A stretch of DNA of 63,198 nucleotides, counting the filler, from Choristocarpus tenellus KU-1152 (taxonomy: Eukaryota; Protista; Phaeophyceae): NCBI GenBank assembly GCA_964200185.2. It is 13 parts of 13 records of this genome, joined end to end, with 100 filler letters (N's around TTAATTAATTAA, not from the genome) between each part and the next. Parts side by side here need not be neighbours in the genome. Positions count along the whole stretch, not along the records: positions 1 to 5,175 come from CAXNAD020011612.1; positions 5,276 to 8,368 come from CAXNAD020022367.1; positions 8,469 to 15,130 come from CAXNAD020007619.1; 10 more parts are not named here. One strand, written 5' to 3'. The notes beneath the pieces are model-generated. The model saw only the letters and a list, made by a program, of their open reading frames with translations, had not been told where the DNA came from and did not search any database. How positions within the stretch are numbered: the stretch's first letter is position 1; every line of letters starts with the position of its first letter. Position numbers and translations under genes: made by a program. Shown here in pieces: positions 1 through 12,099 of this stretch.

Positions 1-2
1 CA

Positions 3-92
3 CAGAATCACACGATTCACATTGGTGACACCGGTGAGATTCGAACTCACGCGTGCAATTCACACGAACTTAGCAGAATCACACGATTCACA
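3..92. repeat. 19-bp perfect direct repeat CAGAATCACACGATTCACA at 3-21 and 74-92, flanking the tRNA half
   Basis: Read directly. Each copy contains the hairpin GAATC-ACAC-GATTC. Confidence 0.9.
23..76 (-). pseudogene. 3' half of tRNA-Ser(GCT) with encoded CCA (probable retrocopy)
   Basis: Minus strand reads CTGCTAA (anticodon loop, GCT), GTTCG, variable arm, GTGAG-TTCGAAT-CTCAC (T arm), CGGTGTC-A-CCA. The D arm and 5' acceptor strand are absent. Confidence 0.8.
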
Positions 93-96
93 AACG

Positions 97-218
97 CTCT
101 CAAATCAATCTAAGTACTTCACCCATAGAAATATGGGTGAATCGCTGAAGATGCATGAAGTAGTATAAAATTCAAATTGACCAAAACCCGGTAACCTCCG
201 GTTTACTTCGACCCAGAG
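97..218. mobile_element. Partial MITE family C (right part)
   Basis: ACTTCACCCATAGAAATATGGG...GTTTACTTCGACCCA matches the right half of the 24371-24612 element. Confidence 0.55.
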
Positions 219-1368
219 GATAAGTCCTCTCATTGATGTCCGGTGAAGGTGTTGAGGTAAAACTATGGATGTTAAAGAATTGACCGAGGTGCTAGAAAAA
301 TGCAAGAACTCAGGGACGCACCCAACCCATCCATCTAAACACCGCCCATCACTTGTTACAAATGAAAAATACAGAAAAAAAACCCGAGTTTATGATTAAA
401 CAGCTAACAGGGACCAGCTGTTGTGTGGTGTGTGACCTCATCAGCTTGGGGTGCTCTATTAGAATATCACTTTAACAACATCAGCTTTTGTATAGCGGAG
501 AGCATTCATCATTGAATCTTTACAAGCCCAGTGTACTGGATCAACCTTTTGGCTCTACCAAACCCTGGAGACCATTCATCATGTCAGTTTTATATACAAT
601 ACCCTTCTCAGCCACCCCGCCACCCCTGGGTCACTTTCCATCTACAACATCCCCAACAAACGCCATCAGCATCTTGGCTAACCATTCCCCCCTCATTATT
701 CATGCAACTGAACCCTCGAACTGGAGCCTCTCTGTTTCCTCACAGTCACCTCAACACTGCCATACCCACTCTTCAGTTCTGTGAGTGTGACAGATAACCA
801 CCTTCCCTACAAATTTAAAGAAAACGTTTTAGAGGCATTATTTGTAACGAATGGTAACGATATGTACACTCGCTAAAAAAAAGTTGTCTAACTTTGGAAG
901 GAAGGATGAAGTCGTATTGGGCACAGATGTCAAGACGTTGTAGGAAGTCGTGTTTCCCTATCTTGTAAACAAAAGTGTGATATTAATACAACTAGTGTGT
1001 GTAAGGAAGACCCCTCTGTTTTGACTTTGGTGTTGTGATAATTGATGGATTATTATTAGGGTTGTGCTTGACGGATTCCAAGCATTGAAATGTTCAACAA
1101 CGCCTACTCTTCACGACAAACCTTTTTTGGTGAGCAACCCCACCCCTCCTCCCCCACATACACGTACACACAGTTGTTCTGTGGAAGGATCATTTTGGGA
1201 AGTGTATACATTGTCACACCAACTCATAAAATAAATACAAAAACAACTGTACCATCCAGTCCATACGTCGTATCAATCATATTGTACCAATTCAAAACAT
1301 CCCCTCACAATTGAAGTTTGTGAGAGAGCGAGTCGTGCACGACCAGTTAAGGGGATGAACAGAATACC

Positions 1369-4300
1369 ATGCACTCCTTCTGCAGGGATGAGTTCGTGCA
1401 GGAAAGACCAGACCTGATTACTTCAAAGGAATTTCTGGCGGCGTTCCCAAGGTACCCAAGGATCAGGGTGACATGCGTGGAGTGCAATACTAGTTCGAAG
1501 GCGCCTACCATCTTGCATATCCTCTATGTTCATCCCTAAAATGCCTCCATCCTCCAACAACTTGCTCGAATGCCCCTGACCTCACCCTTGCATAGTTCAC
1601 CGTACACATCTGCAAGGACTGTGCGCAGAAATCGTGTGTTACAGCTCGGGGCTCATGTTGAGCGACTCGCGAAGTCCGCGTACCTCATGCTTGGAAACCG
1701 TGCTGGTACGTATGCCCGCGATTGATTTTAATGCCTCATTTTCTAAGAGTCCTTAATTCTCCATAGTTTATTGTGCCTGCAAGTTGTCTCGTCACTGCAA
1801 AAGGGCAGCAAGTGTTGCGGTCGAAGGCATGGCCTCTATTCCATGCCCTCTCTCCACCTTTCATTTGCGTCATACTGTATTATCGAGATTTAGTCCAGAG
1901 TAAGGGGCACATAATTAGAATCTCAGCATTGTCCGTGTGCACTGCCGGTGTGGAATTTTTGCTACAACGATAAGGTTTTTGTGTTGAGACCGCCGAAGAA
2001 TAAAAGTTGATGCAGTTAAGGATAGGATAGGATAGGCTATATTGGACGATCCTTATCCCACAATGCAAGGTTTGTTCTAAACACACACACACCAGGAGTG
2101 AAGGGTTGTACTCAGAAAAGCTTTTGTCTATCCGGACGATCAACAATGGGGCTTAGCTGCTCAATTTTTTTTGCGGAATTTTTCCCCTCAATGTGTCTTC
2201 TGGTTGTGCGTGTCCTGTGCCCATTCTTTGTTGACGTCCATTCCTGTGGCTAGCTTTTGACTGACCGTTTGACCGTAGGATATCGTAGCATGGAATAGAT
2301 GGCTGGGAGAAGTTAGAGTCCACACCAGAGATTTCTATACTACAACCGTGTTGCATGATACAATCTCTGATCACTCTCTTGTCCTGGTCCGAGAGCTCCA
2401 CCTCTTAGCACAGGGGAACAATTGCTGAATTCTTCCTGCCACCCCAATCCAGCACATTTTCCTGAACGTTTGTGACATGATAGAGTATTGGACCACCATT
2501 TCAGGGAAGGAACAGTAATGCCTCTAGAAAGTGGGATGACCTACTCTTTCCTTTGTGATCATCCCAACTCATCCAAATTTGAGGTATCATTTTAGTGGTT
2601 GATTCACCCACATGTGTGTGTTGACCTCCATCCAATCCTTAGAACCCTAACCCTTTCCGAGCCCGATACCATTTTTCTCGAGTCAGTCACAGTGACGTGG
2701 GAAGGGGATAAAAAGTGTGGAAAAGCTGCCCAGTCAAGTAGAACCTAATAGCTCAACACAATACTACTAGCCCACTCAGGCTCAGTACCATGCACTACCC
2801 ACATTCAACCTCACTGACTTACCACTTTCTTTAATGCATCATATTGGGCTGCCTTGTTGCCTGCTGACAACCTCCTCAGATCTTTTCCCAACACTGACAG
2901 AACCTTCCCTACTTGAGACTAGGGTAGTCAGGTGGGCATACTTGTGGGGTTGTTTGTGACTGTGAGTCTTGGGGCTACCCTGTTTAGCAGTGCTATGTGT
3001 AGCACAGGGTTTGGGGGGTAGGCAAGGCGTAAGGTGGGCGGGTTTGATCTATATAATATACCATACCTGCCTGACTATGAAATACTTCAGTAGTAGTTGA
3101 ACCTCATACTTACACTTGTACCTCAGATCGGAGAAAAAACTGTTTCAATTTTTTATGTCCCCTTCCATCAGTTATGATGTGGTGGATAGTATTCCTGCAT
3201 TTTGATATACAGATCCCACTATGCACTGCGCCTGTTGTGGCTTCCACATGATTGCGATTCCGAACCAGAAACCTTCTCTCTCTTGTGGTCATGTTGTTAA
3301 AAGTGTACTGTGCTGAAGAGAGTGCACTTGCATACTAGTTAGTGTGTTACGGGACAGCGTTTTGCACTTGTGCAATATAGGGGTTCTTTTGACACAAATG
3401 TGTACATCCACCCGCTCACCCACCATTCTTTTCTTCATTGACTTGATTTTGCTGTTCAGGTGCATTTCGAGATGTATTAGGGCATTTTTTGAGAGTCATC
3501 CAGAGTGGATGGGCGAGCTCAGGATCACCCTCCTGGTTGCATGTACGGATGGTTTTGAATCTAGAGCAAGTCCAGAGTGTAGAACTGGGGATAAGGCCGG
3601 GACAGCCAATGGATTTGATGGAACTGAGGAGTGCACTACTGTTCTTGGCACGGGGGATTCAGGGGGAAATACCTTGACATACAATAGCAAAGTGGGAGAA
3701 CTTGATTGTGATTTTGAGCTCTACTGCCATGCTACTCCACTGCCAAACAGGGCATCATCAAAGACTGTGGTGGTGGAAATCCGAGGCCGACCTCGAGAAA
3801 ATGCAGCCGCAAAGAGCTCCCAGTGGGTTCAGTGAGTTTTACTTTGTGCTGCAGTACAAGTACCGTGTTTTGGGGGGGTTTTCTGCTATCATTTTTCACC
3901 CAATTCTTCATGTATGGATTTTAGGAAATACGTAAACACCTAGTGTGAATGTTAGATCGCTTGGTATTCAACAAGCTTATCACTTTCCTCTAGCACCAGT
4001 TCCCCCATTTCTGGTGTGGTTCAAGATCAATTATCCTCATCAGTGCAGGCAAGAATAGTATTCAATGCGGAGTTCCTCCCGGCTCCCGCCCCCCCGCGCC
4101 CACGCCCCCCCCGTCCTCCCCCCCCCCCCGCCCCCCCCCCCCCCCCCCCACTCCNNNNNNNNNNATATACCTTCCCCCCCCCCCTCCCCGCCAAAAATTT
4201 TTTTTTTTCTGGTTTTTTCCCCCCCCCCCCCCCCTCCCTTCCCCTATCGACTTTGTATTGCCACACCACAATCCCACTGCCTACGATAAGTGACCGAAAA

Positions 4301-4411
4301 GAGCTTGAGGCACTGGCAATGCCAGGGACAGAAGATACGGTGATGCCAAACTCCCAGGGGCAACTGATGGAGGGAACCCAGTCTAACTTTTTCGCTGTTC
4401 TTAACGGAGAG
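1369..4411 (+). CDS. Class IV (fold type IV) PLP-dependent aminotransferase / ADC-lyase-like protein, 3' incomplete. Exons approx. 1369-1451, 1596-1705, 2880-2931, 3460-3831, 4291-4411
   Basis: Phase-compatible GT-AG exons give MHSFCRDEF..FLAAFPSSPYTSARTV..HVERLAKSA..ELRITLLV..RPRENAAAKSSQWV..GQLMEGTQSNFFAVLNGE, containing the YT-ART, HxxRL, catalytic Lys and EGxxSNFF motifs of the family. Confidence 0.8.
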
Positions 4412-5105
4412 GTGAACCCCCCCATGGCAAGGCACTACACTGTTGGGAGTACAATATCCCTCTGCAGCACTACGTAGTACTACTGGGTACTCCAGAGTAT
4501 TTTGTAGGATACTGTAGGGTGTGGGACCCTTGGTGGGGAGGTGAAACTCATTGTGGCAAAAGGAGATGCGGTAGGTCCCCCGTAGTGCTACGGAGTACCA
4601 CTTGCTGCTGTGGAGTGCTCTGGAGCTCTCTGTAGGGTTCTGCATGTATGTATGTATGTACTTCTGAGCAGGGGTGTATTCAGGGTGGTCGTTTATTCAG
4701 TTGAATGATGTCACCGTGATAGATACCAGAGATGGTACAATGAAATCTTCCTGAACTATCAGTAGTATATCACCATATACCATGTTTCCGACCCTTCAGT
4801 GTGTGGTCTGCCATAATCTTCAACTTTTTCAGCAAAACCAGGGTCCTATGCAACTCTGGACCATACCTACATACATCATTTCAAGTACAAAAAAGTGCTC
4901 TATATGTAAGTTTTTTTTGTTCTAAATCACATCTGTGAATGTTTCTGCTCGATGCTGCTAAGGTGCGGCATCAGAAACGCATAGCAGTTGTGTAATTAAA
5001 AGGTACACATTGTACCCTCTTTGTGAGGTTGTAGATGAGTGCCTTCCTCTCCCTTTGTCACAATTGTGCTTGCACAGTGGGACGTGTTGACAGGTGTGCT
5101 TGAAG

Positions 5106-5157
<52 letters not shown>

Positions 5158-5175
5158 ACCCCCTCTCTCTTCCCC

Positions 5176-5275
5176 NNNNNNNNNNNNNNNNNNNNNNNNN
5201 NNNNNNNNNNNNNNNNNNNTTAATTAATTAANNNNNNNNNNNNNNNNNNNNNNNNNNNNNNNNNNNNNNNNNNNN
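5176..5275. other. Artificial contig linker (44 N, TTAATTAATTAA, 44 N). Same linker at 8369, 15131, 19598, 27854, 30587, 36501, 39338, 45562, 49220, 54472 and 58093
   Basis: An identical 100-bp unit occurs 12 times. TTAATTAATTAA gives stop codons in all six frames. Confidence 0.97.
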
Positions 5276-5322
5276 GCAGAGGGCGGGGGGGGGGGGGGGG
5301 GGTGGGGTCGGGGGCTCGCCGA

Positions 5323-5376
<54 letters not shown>

Positions 5377-6450
5377 GCGGTAGACTTGGTCTTCTGAGCA
5401 AGAGAGTAGATGCATTGGTGATAAGGTGGGTCAAAGGCAACTGTAAAAATGAGTCGGTAATAAATAATAAAAATACAGGTGTGGAACTAATCTACGCTAC
5501 TACTGTTAAGAAACTAAGAATGGGATTAAAAAGATAGAATGAGAGATGCTTGAGAGGCACACCCCAAACCTTGCTGTTGCAGTTTGCAGTCCCTCATGAC
5601 CACTTACAACAAGGCCACTCTCTCCCTTTCCCTCTCCCTCTCCCTCTCACCCCAAGCAGTCCGAAGTATGTTACTACCCACGAAGTGTACAATAATAAAT
5701 AATCTCTATTGATGTTTATTATTTATTATTCCACTTGCGTGTAATACTAATAGTGGTCGATCTCTTAGAGTGCAACCTACAATAGCTGCGAGAGTGTGTA
5801 CAGTTCACAGATAATAAAAAATAAGTTCCGTTCTTCCAAAGAACGCTCTTGAAAACTCTCTTCTCCTTCGGCGTATCTGCCCAACTGTGCAAATCTGCAC
5901 ACTAAACAAAGCAAGATGATAGTAGATTCCAACCACTGTCTGTCCACATCAGATCTACATCAAACCTGCTTCACTAATAACAACTCTAGACTGTAGGTAC
6001 AAAAAACAACTCACAAGACGCACCTATAAGCCATTTACATCACTCTTATTGGCAAATGCTCCTAAAAGAGACAAATAAAGTAATAAAATAAAATAAAGAT
6101 TCATGCCCTCACCGTAGGAGAGATCCTCCCACAAAAAAGGGAACTACTGCAAAAAAAATCATTGAGGGAAATTCCTCATCAAAAACTTCCCCCCCCCCTA
6201 AGGATCCACCTCCCATGACTGGCACTACATGTAAGCTGACAGCAATATTAGGCATGACACAGCATCCTCAATGGACCAATGATGAAAGGTGGCCACAACT
6301 TAGCACCACATCAGGGATCAAATTAAATCTCAACTGTCAAACCTATGCAAAGAGGGTACAATTACGACACTATACCCCCCAAAATTAGAAAGTCCTCAAA
6401 AAAAAGAAGAAAATTATCGTAACCCAGTGTCGGTGGACATGTCACTATTT

Positions 6451-6583
6451 AGTGTAAAGTATATAGTATGAAGTATATAGTGCAAAGTATATATTACAAA
6501 GTACATAGCATAACGTACATAGTATAATGAGGTATATGGTGCAAAGTATATATTATAAAGTATATATTATGAAGTATGTAGTG
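6451..6583. repeat. AT-rich minisatellite (~14-bp unit, approx. TAYAAAGTATATAK)
   Basis: About nine degenerate tandem AAGTATATA-containing units. Confidence 0.7.
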
Positions 6584-7036
6584 ACCACAAAGGTGCAAGT
6601 GGAGGTTATTTCTGCTTGGATCGAGGGACGGAGGAGAGACTTTTTTCAACACTAAAAAGAAAAAAAACAGTGAAAAACAAAGAAAAAAACATATATAATT
6701 ATATTATTATTACTATTTTTAAAACTACTCTTCGACACTCAAGAAAAAACAAACAAAAAATGTCCAAGAGGAGGGCATTGTTGAGTTGTAAGGAAGGGCC
6801 TCTATGATTGAATTGTGGTAGATGTGTTTTGAGGAACTGTGGAAGGACACTTGCGCCTAAGAATGTGTTACATATCATTGCTAATCTTATCTTCTACATC
6901 AGTCCTACCATCCCGAGAAGGGTTGACTGCATCCATTGGAGTGGTGTATATACTCCACAAGGTTCAAGGGGCCTAGAAATATACAAACGCTAAAACTGAT
7001 CCCCCTCTTAAAAGAAGGTTTCAGTCGCAAGCATAC

Positions 7037-7038
<2 letters not shown>

Positions 7039-7106
<68 letters not shown>

Positions 7107-7111
7107 TGTGT
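7039..7111. repeat. (TG)n microsatellite
   Basis: Read directly. Confidence 0.95.
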
Positions 7112-7829
7112 AGGGAGAGACTGCATGCATAAGCCTGCCCAGTTCCTACCAACAAGCCTCATCCAGAAAAATGCCTTCCATTAATATAGGAAACACCGTC
7201 ACTAAAACAAAAAAAAACACTCCTACGACCATGGGCTAAAATAATAAAATAAATTGATGTAACCTCAGCATTCCGGGGGGACAAAAGGATCTAAAAAAAT
7301 ATATGCGATTTGAGTAGCGGACACAAGTTCGGGAGCCATAGGATACGAGTGAGGTGTGATGGAGGACAACATGTCTCATATCTCTTATTGTGTTATGTTA
7401 TTGTGTTGTTTCATTGCCTTTATCCCATTGTGTTGTTTCAATGCGCTGTTTAATTATGTTGTTGCATTGTGTTATTTCTTTGTTTGTGTTTTTCTATTGC
7501 GTTACTTCATTGCGTTGTTGCATTGCCTCACACGATCCAGGGGGATTGCTGGCTATGTTTGGCAAGCAGTGAACCAACAACGAGGAGAACAGCCTTCCCT
7601 TCTTGCTCTGGGAGAAGTACAACTGCCCCACTTGGAAAGAGCTGGTCTGGAGACAGGTCAGTTCACCCTCTGTAATTCTACTTGGCCTGGAACCTTTCAA
7701 CAGTGCCACATCTTGGTTGAAGTAGTGGTCGCCTTCAGTACTTCTTATAATGGTACCACATGTTGGACACAGTACAGTTGCCCAATCCCTGTACTGAACA
7801 AAAATGGCCTTACTCCAACTACCTACATA

Positions 7830-7833
<4 letters not shown>

Positions 7834-7871
<38 letters not shown>
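7834..7871. repeat. (TC)n microsatellite
   Basis: Read directly. Confidence 0.95.
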
Positions 7872-7874
<3 letters not shown>

Positions 7875-8468
7875 CCGTATCCCGTATCTCTCTCTATATA
7901 TATATTGACTTCTGGATAGAAAAAAAACACCATGAGTTCCATATTTTTTATTTTTTATTTATCGTGTAAAAAAATTAATCCTAAAAAGTACTGTCAGATC
8001 AAAACGACTGCACTTTAATCTAAAAAAACAAAATATCCAAATATAAATCCAATTAGAACAAAAAAAAAAAACTTGACTTCCATCCCCCCTGCCCCCCTCT
8101 CGAATGAACGTCCCTGCCTGGGCAACACACAAAATAGCGTAAACGATGATCTATGCACCACAATAGTCACCCATTAGTTCAATTTAACAACACTCAACAC
8201 CCACCGCGAGAGACCCCACATTTTTTTATTTCGCTAAAAAAAAAAAAAAAAATCCTCGCCTAGTGCAACACAGAAAGCTCACCTGAACCCCAACTGCCAG
8301 CCTTCTCCCCGACTCTCCCCCTCCCCCCCCCCCACCCTCAGTAATGTCCTTCTCTTGATCCTCTCCGCNNNNNNNNNNNNNNNNNNNNNNNNNNNNNNNN
8401 NNNNNNNNNNNNTTAATTAATTAANNNNNNNNNNNNNNNNNNNNNNNNNNNNNNNNNNNNNNNNNNNN

Positions 8469-8499
8469 CCCCCCCCCCCCCCCCCAGATACTTTGAACC
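8469..8499. mobile_element. MITE family A terminal fragment at contig start
   Basis: Poly-C followed by CAGATACTTTGAACC, the family A terminus. Confidence 0.7.
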
Positions 8500-10397
8500 A
8501 GCAGTTAAAATTGACCTTCATGAGGTAGGCATTGCCCTGAATATGGACAAGACTCTTTCCGCACCTCCCCAGGGCCACCAACCCATGCCCTCGGAACTGA
8601 GGCTTCTTTCTACAGTGGGAAACAACCTAGCCCAGAACCCAAGTGGGTTTGTTACATTAGGGGCTCTTGTGGGAACAGTGGTTTAATCCAAGCCTATATG
8701 CCTGAGGTGATCGAGACCTCTGGGCCACGAACTTTGGGCACACACCTCAGCGAGATGGAGGACAAACAGGTGGCCTGCCTCAACTCCTGGTCCCTCTCCT
8801 CCTGCCTAGGCTATCTTGCGAGGGTCACTACCCCCCACCTGGCACGCTCCACCATGTAGCAAGCGGACAACAACTCAGTAAGGACACTAGAGAAGATAAT
8901 GGAGGTAGCAGACTCGGCAGAGGCGACGGACTTTTTTTACGGGGGGTGTAGCGGGCACAGATGCGCACAAGTTCGGGGGGTTAGGGCTCTCTTCTATGAA
9001 AATACTGCCAACATGCAGCCTTCGTAGGATCACTAGTGGCCACTCTCCCAACCCTCCTAGCAGGCTCGCAAGGGCCTCATAGCGAGTCCTTCTTACGAGC
9101 CATTTGTGCAAGCCCCACAGTCCGGGCCTTGGGATCGTCCATCGACACCCTCCTCTCTACAGGTGTCCCTTCCGAAGACCTAGTGAAAATCATTGGCCAA
9201 GACTGGTTAACCAGGGGGGAAACAACATCCCCCACACCTGCCCTGGAGGTTCACATTCTGGCAGCCCATGACTTCAGGATCACGAGGAGGACTCAACATG
9301 AGATCACTCGCCCCCTGAAGAGGATCCGTTTTGACTCCTTCTGGACACAACTAGCCAGTTTACCGAGTGAAGTGCAACATGGGAGGGAAAGCTCCTCACT
9401 AGCCCTAGCACGCCACTGGAGCCAGTGTGGACTAGGGGCAAATGCATGGGCCTCAACACAACCCCTGGAGCCGGCATGCCAGATCCCCCTCGCAGAGTTT
9501 AAACTCACCGGCAGCAGATTCCTAGGGAGGGAGGAGGCCCTGTCAAACAGGTGCCAGTGACTGGGTGCAGGAGGCAAAATGTCGACACCAGACTTGCCCG
9601 TACCTGCACCAGTGCAGGAGAACAGGTGTGACAACACACCCCTATGGTGAAATGCCTAAGCCAACTATGCAAGGGAATGGACATCCCTTGCACTACGGAG
9701 GACTGTGGCCCCTTCACTATAGACAGGAATTTCCGCATGGATGTAGTCTTCCATGCCAGGGCACTTGTGGACGCTAGATCAGCCCACTACCGGGACAAAG
9801 GCCTCCTGCTAGATGTTACGTTTGTAGAAGTGCAAGCAACCTCCCACCTTTCACACTCACAAACCAGCAATGCCGTAGCTGCTGCTGCAGCTGAGGCGCG
9901 AAAGCGCACCCACTACGAGGACTCTTTTGATCCTTGATGTTATAACCCCAACACCTTTGCAGTGGAATGTTTTGGGCGGCTCGGCAAGCAAGCAGAATGT
10001 TTCCTGGATGAGCTGGCTACACATGCGGTAGGGGGGATCGGAACAGGAGGCTATGGCAGGAAAGGGGCAATCAAATCCCGCCTTCGACGAGTAGTCTCGG
10101 TAACAACGCAGGTGGCCCTGTCTAGACGTGTCATGCGGTTTAAGCTGGAGTCGCCAGGGAAATGGGCAAGGAGGGGTTTGTTGAATTCTTGGGATGCTTC
10201 CTTAGCTCCTTACCCTGAGGTGCAGGAACAGGTAGATTTGAGACACAGGAAGGCAGTGGTACAACATAGATAGTAGTAAAATAACTAATAGATCAATACT
10301 TTTCACATTTGTGATAACTCTTACTTAGGGATTTTTCTGACATGTGAATAGTTCTTCCTTGGTTTTCTCCCCTGACACATCTGCAAATGTCAGAGGG
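8500..10397 (+). mobile_element. CRE-like non-LTR retrotransposon: RT C-terminus, Zn knuckle, restriction-like endonuclease and 3' UTR; decayed, 5' part missing
   Basis: Frameshifted translation has GFVTLGALVG (late RT motif), GGLGL, a C-x4-C...C..QH knuckle remnant, and RMDVVF..LLDVTF..AAAEARKRTHY..FAVECFGRLGKQAECFLDELA (PD-(D/E)xK RLE signature). Ends in a stem-loop at 10370-10397. Confidence 0.8.
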
Positions 10398-10461
10398 AAT
10401 AACAATATAGTATTAGGCCCTCTAACAGTTTACATATGACTCAGGGGAAAGTCAATTCAAT

Positions 10462-10612
10462 AGGAGGGTAGTGGTGTAGCATAGCTGGTAGTAAAATAGT
10501 AGACAGAAAATATCTTTCACATTTACGACAACTATTACTCTTTCAGGGATTTTCTCATATTTGATTGACTTTTCATTAACTTTCCCTGACACATGTGCAA
10601 AATGTCAGAGGG
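10462..10612 (+). mobile_element. Second tandem copy of the CRE-like 3' UTR
   Basis: Similar to 10247-10397, including CCCTGACACATGTGCAAAATGTCAGAGGG. Confidence 0.75.
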
Positions 10613-10996
10613 TGTAATTCATCATAAGAACCCCTGTGTACATCTCCAGAATGTGAGAGCCATCTTCCAAAGAAGGTATACCCTGAAGCTGAAGGTAACC
10701 TATCTTGAAGAATCTGATATTCATATGACATTTGTTTTGGCATGTTGAAGGTAACATCTGCTTGAAGTAAGAGCAGGTAGTTTGAGGGGACCCTGCAAAT
10801 CCCCCCTCATTCAGTTTCCACTTATTCATTCCTTTCCCGATTTGTCTTCTGAGGGATTGCTCTCCCTCTTGACCTATCTCTCTCCTTTTCCTTGCCTCCT
10901 GTGAGTCTTCCCGCTCACCTTCATTACAAAGAACCTGTCGGCTTGTTTCCATCTGTTTCACACCATAAATAAAATAATAACATAATAAGAGATACA

Positions 10997-11495
10997 AAAG
11001 TACCACAACGGGATATACTGCATAGATTTAACCTCAATACCTTCGTGGTGGAAACTTTTGGGCGCCTCGGTAAGCAAAAAGCAGGTTTCTGGGTGAGTTG
11101 ACTACACATGCAGTAGGTGGGAGATAGGCGGGAGGCTACAGTAGGAAAGGAACCGTCAAATCCCGTTTGCGACAGATAGTGTCTCAATCTACACAAGTGG
11201 CTCTTTCAAGACGTGTCGGGCGTTTTAACCTAGAGACACCAGGTATATCGGCAAGCAGGGGCTTGTCAGATTCTTGGGATGCTTCCCTAACTTCTCGCCC
11301 TGTAGTGTAGGTAGGGCTAAGCTAGGTTGGGGGTATAGCAACATTGTACACACAGCATCATAATTACGAACTTTCATGAGAATGGTGTAGTATAGGTCGT
11401 TGTCAAAAGCAAATAGATTTTGGAGAGGTATCTTTCACGCTTACGACAGCTGTTATATAAAAAAGGATCCTTATGATATTGGTCTGGCTTTTTCC
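10997..11495 (+). mobile_element. 5'-truncated CRE-like 3' fragment (left arm of palindrome)
   Basis: Encodes FNLNTFVVETFGRLGKQ..TQVALSRRV..DSWDASL, followed by the UTR. Confidence 0.8.
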
Positions 11496-11510
11496 ATATA
11501 ATATATTATG

Positions 11511-12038
11511 CCCTCTGACGTTTTGCAGATGTGTCAGGGAAAAAGTCAGACCAATATCATAAGAACCCTGGAAAAGTAACAGTTGTTGTCGTAAATTGGA
11601 ATATATCTCCCCAAATCTATGTTCTACTTGACTACCAGCTATACTACACTACTCCCATAAGAGCTCGTAACGACAATGTGATTTTTACACTGCTGTTATG
11701 CCTCCAACCTAGCTTGGCCCTACACCACAAGGCGAGGAGCTAGGGAAGCATCCCAAGAATCTGACAAGCCCCTGCTTGCCCATCTACTTGGTGTCTCTAG
11801 GTTAAAACGCACGACACGTCTTGAAAGAGCCACTTGTGTAGATTCAGACACTCTCTGTCGTAAACGGGATGTGACGGTTCCTTTCCTACTGTAGCCTCTC
11901 GCCTCTCTCCCACCTACTGCATGTGTAGTCAACTCACCCAGAAACCTGCTTTTTGCTTACCGAGGCGCCCAAAAGTTTCCACCACGAAGGTGTTGAGGTT
12001 AAATCTACGAGGTTAAAGGAACCGTTGTAGTGGATCCG
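11511..12038 (-). mobile_element. 5'-truncated CRE-like 3' fragment (right arm of palindrome)
   Basis: ORF 11720-11932 TTHAVGG..RLRQRVSESTQVALSRRVVRF..SWDASL; terminal stem-loop at 11511-11539. Confidence 0.8.
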
Positions 12039-12099
12039 ATAGTATCATAACAAAATAATAAAATGAATATATAGATAGGAGAGTATTATGTAGTTATTT

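Noticed and set aside
3-92. CRISPR array (palindromic repeat, spacer, repeat)
   Set aside because: Only two 19-bp repeats, eukaryotic context, no cas genes, and the spacer is a tRNA half. A TSD is simpler; kept only as an alternative in the findings.
4080-4245. Poly-Pro/poly-Gly ORFs here and at ~5.1-5.4, 16.0-16.2, 18.1-18.3, 39.3-39.5, 49.4 and 54.4 kb
   Set aside because: Translations of poly-C/G tracts beside gaps, likely low-quality or homopolymer sequencing artefacts.
5176-5275. Regularly recurring TTAATTAATTAA motif
   Set aside because: Always centred in 44+44 Ns; a six-frame-stop assembly linker, not biology.
7356-7919. 187-aa hydrophobic ORF
   Set aside because: N-terminal half is a degenerate TTGTGTTG repeat and the end is (TC)n; a possible internal exon at 7541-7657 cannot be assigned.
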